32,179 bases of DNA, from NCBI GenBank assembly GCA_051047955.1, contig JBPGPT010000048.1:62001-94179 (forward strand), written 5' to 3'. A model generated the notes under the pieces. That model saw nothing but the letters and a program-made list of their open reading frames with translations, was not told the origin of the DNA and did no database searches. A program made the position numbers and the translations under genes. This DNA comes from Cystobasidiomycetes sp. EMM_F5 (Eukaryota). Below, one piece after another: positions 22,541-32,179 of the stretch. Position 1 is the first letter of the stretch. Every line of letters begins with the position of its first letter.

Positions 22541-25500
22541 TTAATGCGCTAAGACAAACGACGACATGTGTGATCCAAGGCCAAGGGATCGCGGAGTGCC
22601 AGAATATCGCAGGCCTCTGCTTCCTCGAGTGGAATTCCGCTGCGCACGATTAGAGCGAGGTAGCGTACTCAAAGGCGCGCTGCTTGTAGCGCTTCTCCTC
22701 CGACTGGATCTCTTCATTGGCTGCTCCTCCCAGTGGGCAACATCCGTTCCATAGATGGCCTTTGCTCGAGTATGTTCATTCTGCACGCCACCCATCACAT
22801 CCGCTACCTCTATGAACTTGTTCCAGGCGCGTTTTCCCTTCCCGTTGGAAGACTTGGAAGACTCGGAAGACTTGGACGACTCGGAGGACGTTCTGTTGGT
22901 TCTATTTCCTCCCCGACCTGGATCTGCATCTTCTCGGACCCGGGGTTGGTACCGTTCTGCATTCGGGGCGTTCGACAGGCTGGCCATCGGTCCAGCTCGT
23001 CTATCAGCCTGAGGGTGGTACCATTCTGCATTCGAGGCATTCGACAGGCTGGCCATCGGTCCAGCTCGTCTATCAGCCTGAGGGTGGTACCAATCCCTGT
23101 TTGAGGCCTGTGATATACTTTCTGTCAATCGCGATATTCTTGGAATAGTCGTCAAGTGCGCTGCACTCTGCCGGGGAGAGATAGGAGGGTCATCGCGACC
23201 CGTTGCAATTCTTCCCCCGCCCGCATAGGGATCGACAGCAGCAGTTGACCGAGCGCCGAAAGAGAAGCGGCCAGAAAACAAAGACGGAGATGGTGCTGCT
23301 GCACCCAGCGGAGTATTCGCAGTATAGTCTCCTGGCGGCGGGCCTCCCACTACGTCGGGAGGCGCTCGAGAGGGAGAAGCAGAATAGTCTGAGCCCCGTC
23401 GACGCCGCCTAAAGAATGGTGTGCGAGGGAATGGCGTTCCGGGCGCTGCTGCCGGGCCGTCCAAGCCCGTTACGGCTTCAGTGGGTCTGATACCGGTCGC
23501 GACAGTCACCGGAGTTGGACTGCCACGGCGGATGCTTGCGGATGGTGTAGGGTGCCCGTTAGCACTGCTCACCACGGACTCTACTCTCACACGTCGATCC
23601 GGACGAGGGGTCGACGCAAGGCCAGGCTCTGAATGTATGGATGTTGTCGACCCGATACGATCCCGCTGAGCGGATGAAGGACGCTGGGTTACAGGTTGCG
23701 GCGTCGTTGTTGGAGCCGAGACGGCTCTCCTCCTTGCCTCGCTCGTCTGGCTTGTTTGGCTTGCCTGGCTTGCCTGGCTAGTTCGTCGAGGTAGTTCGCC
23801 GCCTGTATTTGTTGCACTGCAAAGAGACCATTGGAAAGATGAGACAGAGATGTCAGCATATGAACCAACTGCATCTGAATGACATGCATCTCACGTTTGG
23901 GTCTGCTGCGTGTTCACTTGGACTGTGCTCCCCGCTTCGCTGGCCCTCGCGGAGCCGCTGCGTCGTCGATGCGTGTCTGTGACGGGCGTCGGAACCCGTC
24001 CAGTCGTCGGAAGAGGAGGGACATCGGGCCCCGCAATCGCCGAGGATGGACGTCGAATGCTGCCAAGCGATGCGCGAGAACCCTGCGGGCGGACAGTACG
24101 TGCAGGATCACTAAACACGGTCTCGCCAGCCACGTGGCGCGAAAGTGCATCTTGTGCTGCTTGTAGCCTCGACGTGCCTGAGGGCCCCGCCACCCCGGTC
24201 TGCGGTAGCTGTAAGTCTGGCTGCCGGGTTGACAACTCTGGATCTGAACCCTCGCGCAGTCTATAACGAACTTGCACATTGGAAGGCGCTTCTAGTACTT
24301 GCTGGCCCGTGACTCGCCCATTATCGTCGCGCAGTACTCGTATTTGCACGGGGTCTCGCCGAGGGATGTCAATTTGCAGCACCGATTGCGATGAATGCAG
24401 AGACATGGCTGCGGAAAAGTTAGACGCATGCTCCGGAGATACTGCGCGCTGCTAATTCTCCAATTAGCGATGATTCTAGGGGCAGCAGCGTAACAGAACC
24501 TTACCCAATTGCTTGGGCCAGCGACGGTCTGTGCAGCCGCATTATTTGATCACGAGTGATGTAGTCAAGTCAGATCAGCGTTACTTGACAGAAAAGTCAA
24601 CATAGCCGCACCTCATCACTGGTATTCAAGGCATCTTGTGCAGTCTGATGCGCCGGAACGCCCGGTGGTCTTGTTTGATCCCTTTGGCGGCGTCGGTATT
24701 CTCTGTTTGGACCCGGTGTGGAGGAGTTATAATCTGGATTGGACGTATTTGAGGTTCCGCCTCCTGGACGGCCACTGTTGACGGAAGAGCCCGGATGCAC
24801 ACCGGTAAAACCGTTGTTGGGAGAATCGTTATGCACTGGCGGGGGTGGTGGTGCAGCTGCGCGGCCATTCTGTCTCTCTGCCTCTTCTCTTCGGGAGCGC
24901 GATGCTGGATTTGTATCCAGTAGCTGTTGATAATGGTCGTTGTCGAGTTGCCGGACGGTGGCTTCACGCCCGCGCCAATACGTGCTGTTATGAGATCGAT
25001 CTTCCGCTGGCGTAACGTGCCTATTGACTGCAATCACCTCATTGCGGTCATTGCCGTTCAGTATATACCGATGGGCCCGGCTTGCAGTGTCCCAAGGCTC
25101 ATCGGAACCTGGTGGAAGAACGACGTTTGAACGGCGAGCGAGTTCTACGGCGTTGTCGCGCTGCCAATCGTAAATTATGTTCGAACTCAGCTCTGAGTCT
25201 GTAGCATTCCTGCTGTTACCGCTGCCGCTTGAGTGATTGCTGGCACTGACGCGACTTCCTCCACCAACTGAGCTCCCTTCGGCTTGTTCACGTAAATAAG
25301 CATTTCTCCATCGCTGATATTCCTCCGGTGTTACCTCTACGACATCGATCTCGTGTCCGTTCAAGTACTCAATCTCAGATGATCGGCTTGCTGTACTCCG
25401 CCGCCTGCCGTCTCGACGGGCACGATAAAACTGAATGGCCCAGCCATCGCCATTACCATTCAGAATGTACAGGAATCGTGACGTCGTATGGACCCATGGC

Positions 25501-26336
25501 CGATCGGGCCCTCTCGGTATATCGATATCGTCGCAATCAGGTATCCAGACAACATTTTCGGAACCCAATCGAACTCTTTCCTGAATATCGATCCAATCCA
25601 GCAGGGGCGACACAGTGTTCTCGGCACAAGATCCGACTTGAGACTGGTTATATTCCGATGCTACGTGACGACTTGCTGAGCTCTGGGGACGAATGTTTGG
25701 GTTCAGCTGTTCCGAGCCGTTGAAACTTGATTGACGTGAAGTACGGATATTCATATCGTCTTCCTGGCCTCGTTCCGGCTGTTGCGGCGTAGGTGCGTGT
25801 CTGCTGCCGCTTGCGCGACTGCTGCGACGTGTGGAGTGGCCGGAGCCGGCTGGGCCGCGAGGCAGCCCCTGTCTCCACCGCTCCTCCGTGCCTTCAGGCA
25901 GCTGCACAATCCGCACATGTCGGTCTTGGAAGTACGCTTGGCCGTATTCATGAAGGGAGGAAGGGCGACCATTTACTTCAATTGCCAGTCTTTGCTCGTT
26001 GCCGTTGACGATATAACGGAAGTCTGCTGTATTATGAATCAAAGGCTCATAGCGCCCGGCAGGTAGCGCAATGTGTCCAACGTCTTTTCCGCTCACATCA
26101 TACAAACGAACTCTATTGTCGTTGCTGTCGTACGATAAAGCGCTTCCGATATCACTTGGGTCATAGCCAGCGGTCAATCGTGACTGCCTGTCGGTCTCGG
26201 ATGGGGGTGCTTGCGGACTCGAGGACCGCGTAGATCGATCCCGTTCATTGAGGGCTTGCAAGTTTGCAGCGCTCAGACCAGTGATGGCCGATCCACTGAC
26301 TGGCGGAGCGGGTGGGGAGGAAGATGTACGGGACAT
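22541..26336 (-). CDS. Orphan paralog C (~1193 aa), S/R/P-rich protein with three 'NGN' domains; exons 26336-24612, 24528-24505, 24451-23895, 23816-22541
   Basis: Phase-consistent introns, including a 24-nt micro-exon, join ORFs 24597-26336, 23891-24406 and 22541-23590. Three copies of Y(I)(V/L)NGN. A further in-frame 57-nt intron near 25581-25637 is possible. Confidence 0.72.
22846..22888. repeat. Imperfect 9-bp coding tandem repeat (SSE/SSK)n in paralog C
   Basis: ggaagactt ggaagactc ggaagactt ggacgactc ggaggac, encoding SSESSKSSESSKSS on the minus strand. Confidence 0.8.
22948..23091. repeat. Near-perfect 69-bp coding tandem duplication (23 aa, WYHPQADRRAGPMASLSNASNAE) in paralog C
   Basis: Units start at 22948 and 23017 (ggtacc..cctgagggt) and differ at about 3 positions. 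A partial third unit starts at 23086. Confidence 0.92.
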
Positions 26337-26802
26337 AGTTTGCTGGTCTGTACGACTGGACTTTTCGTAAGTGAGTTGCGGGAAGTGGAATGCTGCCGCA
26401 ACGATGAGATGCTTAAGGGGTGTATAGTGAGTGTAGCTGCGTTGGGTAGTGACAACGAGGTATGATGTGGTGTATGTTTGCGAGACTTGACCGGCAAGTC
26501 AGCCCACGTGGTGAGGGATCGCAAAGACAGTAAGTGATGGAGACTCAAGGCAACGCGTCAGTAGATGGAGCAATCGCTGTCGTCGACAGAGCTGCGCCGG
26601 ATGAGTGGTCAGTTGATATCCCGGCGGTGTTTGCGGCAGTGACCGCATACGACAAGGGTGACTGGGAGTCATCAGCGAGTCAGTGGAGAGCATATACACG
26701 CAGACTGCAGCAGAGCTCAGCGTTGTCCTCAGACATCAGCCCCACTTCAATCCCCATCAGCCTCAGCCTGCGACAAACTTGAGCCAACTCGAGCCATGCT
26801 TG

Positions 26803-29566
26803 ATGGGCCGACCAGCGCCCAGACTACGCCGAGGCCGCATCGAAACATGGGAGAGTGGTCGCAGATTTGGCATTGTCGTCGACGCGGGCTCGTCGGGCTC
26901 GCGACTTCAAATCTACAGCTGGCTCGACCACGATATCGCTAGGGCAGCCCGCACGGAAGCCGGGCACAGCAGCGCAGTACTGCCGCGTATCGAGAAGGGC
27001 GTCGAGCATGGCGAGGCGTGGACGCTAAAGGTGGAGCCAGGTGAGCGGGGTTTTGGTATGGTCGCCAAGAGCTGGCCAGGATATTGGACGGTCGAGCTAT
27101 GGAATGGGCCTCATTTCGCTGATGCACCGTCTACCTTTTGTTCTTGTTCATGTTCTTCCTCTGTTCTGTCGCCGTCTCCGCTTTCCGGTCTCACATCCAG
27201 GCATATCCTCGTTTTCCGGCAGACCTCAAGATGTCGACGGCTACCTCGAACCGCTGTTCAGGCATGCTCGCGACCATATTCCTCCCTCACAGCTGGCGAG
27301 TACGCCCGTCTACATCCTCGCGACCGCTGGAATGCGCCTCCTTGCCGAGAGCGACAGTAGGGCTATTCTCCGACAGGCGTGCAAATACGTGCAGTCCAGC
27401 ACGCCCTTTCGAATAAAAGACTGCGAGAGCAACGTCCGAATCATATCGGGCGAGGAAGAGGGCGTATATGGTTGGGTCGCTATAAACTACCTCATGGACG
27501 GATTCGACAGTCACGGCATTGCAGACAAAGGCCAAGAAAAGCATTCCAGCACGTACGGCTTTCTCGACATGGGCGGAGCATCTACGCAAATCGCCTTTGA
27601 GCCTAGCACGCTTGCCCGGAAGGAACATGCAGACAACCTGCTAGACGTCAACCTCCGGCTCCTCGATGGCGCAGACGTCCATCACCCCGTCTTCGTTACA
27701 ACCTGGTTGGGCTACGGAACAAATCAAGCCCGAGAACGCTACGTGGATGCTCTCCTCCACTCTCACAAGCTTCAACATCCCGAAGAGCAGGCCGAGCATT
27801 CTGCGTCGACCTCGGCTACCGAGCTGCCCATGCGTATCGTACGCGATCCCTGCCTTCCGTCCAACCTCATGCTCAATGAGGTGCGCTATCCCGGCACGGC
27901 TCTGCAGGGTACTGGAGACTTTGCGCAGTGCATGACGCTCACGTCTCCTCTTCTCAACCGGGAAGTACCATGTCCGGACGAGCCCTGCATCATGGGCGTG
28001 CACGTCCCGCCGATTGATTTTTCCGTTAATCACTTCATCGGGGTCTCTGAATACTGGTATTCTACTCAGGAGTTGTGGTCGTTGGGCGGAGTGTACGACT
28101 TTCAGACTTTTCAGAAGAGTGCCTTGGAATACTGTTCCCAAGACTGGAGCGCCATTGAGAATTCACACACTATAGGTGGATCCAAGCCAGTAGACGTACA
28201 TCGTCTGGAAATGCAATGCTTTAAAGCAGCTTGGATAGTCAATGTTTTACACGAAGGGATTGGCATTCCTCGACTCGCCTTGGACCGTATCCCAGTATCA
28301 GGAACCAACGAAACGGAAGAAGCCCTTCGGAAAGCGGGTGAGAAGGGGTTCGCAGGCGTTCCACCGAACTTTCAGAGCGTCAACGAAATAAACGATGTAG
28401 CTGTCAGTTGGACCCTCGGCCGTATAGTCCTCGAAGTGACAGACAGTATCCCACGCTCTCGCATTCCCAGCCAAGCACATAGCCACGGCGAAGCTGTTGA
28501 TACTCCTGCATTCGAATGGAAGCATGGGTACGCCAGCAACACTTGGGCTAATACACTGTCCCGGAGTATGCAGTACGTGTATTATCCTCTGAACCCAGTC
28601 ACGCTCTGCGTTCTTGCAATACTCGTTGGCATCTTGTATCGATGTGCTTGTCGCACTGCTTGGAGCGGCAAGAGAAGCTCGGCACGGCCACCCGGCGAAG
28701 CATACGGTCTCCTGTCTATGGAAGAAGGAATGCAGGAGCACGGTGATGGCGCGAGCGACGGAATGTCTTCGCCTGTAAAGCACTCTAATGCTGTCATGCG
28801 GTCGCTGACTCCGCTTCGACTACTTGCCTCGCGTGCGTTGCACATCGTTGGTCGTCAAGGTCCTAACCAAACATCCTATCTCCCGCTCACGCAACACACT
28901 ACTAGCGCAACGGCTCTTCCCACCCGCCCTATATCGTCAAGCGTACTCTCTGGCAGCCCTTCTGCTGTCCGCCCGTCCAAAAATCTGCGACATGTCGCAT
29001 CGTCTCCTGCTATATTTCGTAATTCTTCACCATTCAAAATAGCTCTTCCGGCTTCGTCCTCCTTGTCGTCGTTGACAATGGCCAAGGGCAAATCGGGAAG
29101 AGCACGTCTAGATCCATCCAATACTAATCTAGGATACAGCGATACGGATACTCCTCCTATCACACCACCGGCACGGAGCAATAGTCCAGCTTGGCTTCTG
29201 CGCACAAAGACCATGTCTCCTCGTACCACTGTCAACGGGACAGCCTTCTCGCTGCATGGGCGGAGCAACTCTACCAAGAGTGCGTCTGGTCATCGGAGTT
29301 ACCCATCCTCGGGCTCGGAAGCAGAGGGGCATCTGTCGGTCCCACCAACCGGACCGCCTACGATGCCTTGGACGCGCGACACGCCTGAAATAGACAGCGA
29401 AGGTATTGTATGTGCACCGACGCTGGTCGCCAGCTTTGGACCCGACGATGTGCCAGCTTTGGGATTGCGGTCTCGGAATTCCAGTTATACCAACTTGAAC
29501 GGTCTGGCCAGATTGAGGGGTGGTCACATCCGGCAAGGCTCTACGTATACGGACGTGGGGCTGTGA
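26803..29566 (+). CDS. YND1: Golgi apyrase, GDA1/CD39 (E-NTPDase) family; exons 26803-27040 and 27201-29566
   Basis: Apyrase conserved regions DAGSSGSR, ATAGMR, ISGEEEGVYGWVAINY, GFLDMGGASTQ and VSWTLG. A single C-terminal TM helix (VTLCVLAILVGILY) and a long Ser-rich cytoplasmic tail match Ynd1 topology rather than Gda1. Confidence 0.9.
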
Positions 29567-30510
29567 CGCTGTTAATGTTCATATTATCCTTGTAGCGCTA
29601 TCATTGCCTGTATCGTATTTTTTTGAGCCAGTTGAATCTCGCTCGTCTCCGCACAACTTGATGAACGCAAAGGCGGTATGCGATATGCAATACAGTCTGC
29701 CAGTCATCTAGTTGCTCATACTACGCTTTGCAATGCCAGCCTCAGCCCGTCAATAATAATGGCCGCTGCCTGCCCATCATGGAGGCCATCCACTACGGAC
29801 TCAGCCTCCAACAAACGCGGCCGCTTGGACAGCTGCGAGGAATCGTACAGCCTTGGTGCCCTTGCAGTGGTGTGCGTGGTGCAGCCTCCGGTTGCGCACG
29901 GATTTGGCACTGAAGTAGGCCGCTCTGGGAAGGAGGGGCAGTCTGACCTGCCCATACGGGAAATACTATGTCCACTCAATATACGGGTGCTTTGGCTAAC
30001 GCTGACGGCTATGCGAGGCTCAGACATGCTAACCTCAGAAGAACGCTGATGTTGCCAAATCTGAGGACAGTCTCCGCTAAATTTACGGATTCCAATCAGT
30101 GACGGAACTAATTTGTTCGAACCATGTCTGGACTGCTGAGCCGAATCGCATCGGCCAGTCATAAGGTTCCCTACCACTCCTGTCACGGTCGCAGGTCAGG
30201 CGGGTGCAACCCACCTTGACCACAGCATACTTTTCTGCTTCCGCTGTTCCAAACTCAGACCAGGTATTGTCCACAAATTCCGACTCCCCGTCTGAGCCAG
30301 CGTCTCGTCTCTCCTCCTCCCATCAACCGAACGACGCTGGGTATCCTCTTGGTACCAGCGAGACATCGCCCTTCTCGAGAGACGCTGCCCATCTGGTTAC
30401 GCCCCACATTCCCTAAACCCACGCGCTACTGCAGCGCAGTCTTCAAAGCCAGCTTTAGGTACTACAACACACAGAGCAACGCCTTGAAAGTATAAATTCT
30501 CTGCTTTTAG

Positions 30511-32179
30511 ATGCTCGCAATGGTGCGCCTTTCGGCCGCCATCCTCGGCTTGGCCGTAACGCAGGCCGCGTCGGCCGCCGCAGGAATTGCTGGAGATGTT
30601 GTTGCACAGATACCTCGAGCTGCTGTCGATCCGAACACATCTCATGCCACCGCTGGTCCCGCAAGCCTAAAGGAACGTACATTTAGTTGGGGCGGTTGGG
30701 GCGGTTCGGGAAGGTGAGCGACTTATCGATCAAGATACACACTGCAAGGTTCTGACGCTGTATGGTGCTTTGTCCTCAGTAATCCTTATTTAAGCGATCC
30801 TTCGAAGTAAGCCGAAACCGCAATAAACCTTGAGTGTCACGAGACTAAAATCCGGCTATGTATCAAACAGCTGCGGTTCGGCTGGCAATAACTGCGAGCA
30901 GAATGCTGGAGGTGGTTGCCAACGCGGTTCAGGCTCCTGCAATAATGGCGCATGCTCCGTTACGTGCCAATCGGGCTATACTGCTGATAGTAATGCAATC
31001 TGTCAGCCAAATTGCAAAGACGGCTCGTACAGGGACAATTCTGGTGCTTGCGTGCGCTGTGAGTCTCGTCTCCAGGTGTTTATCACGATGTGTGACTGAA
31101 TTTGTTGTTCATATAGATCAATGCTCCACTTCCGCTCAGTGCATACAGTCAACCGGCATATCTAATTCTTTCTGCTACCTTTCTCAATGCTACGCTCCGT
31201 CGTCCAGTAAGATGCCTAATCGTGAAAGCACGGCCGAATACTGATCTCCGGTCGATAGATGCGGATGGCTTAGCTCTAAACTCAGCATGTGCCGTTAAGA
31301 AGCCGCCAAATGGCGACGATAATAGCTGCGATACCGGCATGGTCTGCTTACAATACAAGTGTCAGGCAGCAACGTCTCTGGACTCTGGCAATTGCGGCGC
31401 CGCCGGAAATAAATGCCCAACTCCTGGTCAAAACAACGTCGTTAGCAGCTCATGCCAAAACAGCGCCTGTGTGACTACATGTTCCTCCAACTATGTCTCC
31501 TCGACAGACGGCAAGTCTTGCCTTCCGAGCGATATCAACAACTGCGGCAGCACAGGGAAGAAATGTCCTGTAGCTGGTCAGAACGGAGTAGCGACCAGCC
31601 AGTGCCCCAACGCAAAATGCGTCTTGACATGTTCGTCCGGGTACGGGCTTTCATCAGACGGCCAATCCTGCGTCGGAAACACCGTCAACAACTGTGGCAC
31701 ATCCAGCACGAAGTGCGCTACCCCTGGTCAGAACGGCGTTGCTACTAGTCAATGCACAGCTGGCTCCTGTACAGTAACCTGCTCGCAAGGTTTCGCACCC
31801 TCGCAAGATGGGGCATCGTGTGTTGGAAACACCGTCAACAGTTGTGGTGCTTCCGGCGCAAAGTGTGCCGTTGCCGGTCAAAATGGCGTCGCTACCAGCC
31901 AGTGCTCAGCTGGAAATTGTGTTGTGACCTGTTCGCAAGGCTATGCACCTTCTCAAGACGGCAAATCGTGTGTCGGAAACACAATCAACAGTTGCGGCAC
32001 ATCCGGCACGAAGTGCGCTACCCCTGGTCAAAATGGTGTTGCTACTAGTCAATGTACAGCAGGCTCTTGCGCAGTAACCTGTTCGCAAGGGTATGCACCC
32101 TCGCAAGACGGTTTATCATGTGTTGGAAACACAATCAACAGTTGCGGCACGTCTGGCACGAAGTGCGCGACCCCTGGAC
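30511..32179 (+). CDS. Secreted Cys-rich repeat protein (PriA/CPL1-like 'NCG..G.KC' modules), truncated by the window end; exons approx 30511-30713, 30780-30806, 30871-31058, 31117-31206, 31259->32179
   Basis: Signal peptide MLAMVRLSAAILGLAVTQAASA and phase-consistent GT-AG introns. The last exon is open to the window end and encodes 50-aa units with 6 Cys (NTVNNCGTSSTKCATPGQNGVATSQCTAGSCTVTCSQGFAPSQDGASCVG). Confidence 0.8.
31375..32179 (+). repeat. 150-bp coding tandem repeat, at least 5 units
   Basis: ggaaacac..tcaaca recurs at 31675, 31825, 31975 and 32125. More degenerate units start near 31375 and 31525. Confidence 0.93.

Noticed and set aside
21935..22552. Plus-strand ORFs (205 aa and 98 aa) between paralogs B and C
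   Set aside because: No motifs and low-complexity CAG-rich sequence, so more likely intergenic. A small gene cannot be fully excluded.
22948..23091. Direct repeats as a possible CRISPR array or transposon termini
   Set aside because: The units are contiguous with no spacers, are a multiple of 3 long and lie inside a eukaryotic exon.
15625..26336. Block as a mobile element or endogenous virus
   Set aside because: No transposase, RT, integrase, capsid or terminal repeats seen. The genes have host-like spliceosomal introns.
27041..27200. Hydrophobic N-terminus of the 841-aa ORF as a signal or anchor of the apyrase
   Set aside because: It is a GTGAGC...CAG intron. The true first exon (26803-27040) carries DAGSSGSR.
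29678..30416. Several overlapping 60-156 aa ORFs on both strands
   Set aside because: No recognisable product or consistent exon structure. Treated as intergenic or promoter sequence of the Cys-rich gene.

Overview
Gene-dense, intron-containing eukaryotic DNA from a fungus. Short GT-AG introns and the protein families suggest a basidiomycete, possibly a Pucciniomycotina-type yeast (inference). Recognisable genes, spliced by hand: Sip5-like RING protein, F-box protein, small secreted PAN/apple-like protein, GH18 chitinase, an 86-aa Con-6-like gene missed by the ORF track, DUF952 protein, ORC5, RNA Pol I subunit RPA34-like, ATP synthase subunit g (ATP20), Golgi apyrase (YND1-like), and a 3'-truncated secreted Cys-rich protein with 50-aa repeats. 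The most unusual part is a ~10.7-kb block (15625-26336) between ATP20 and YND1. It holds three co-oriented, highly diverged paralogous genes (about 837, 752 and 1193 aa) for S/R/P/T-rich, likely disordered proteins with no signal peptide. They share three modules I cannot assign to a known family: an ~85-aa 'LPxGPxxPW..Y(I/L)xNGN..AI..WRGR..YQ' domain (1, 1 and 3 copies), a short beta-rich module, and a C-terminal basic amphipathic 'D(V/E)(M/L)(S/G)G..(P/A)I(F/L/Y)' motif. All exon models are manual predictions and no database searches were run.
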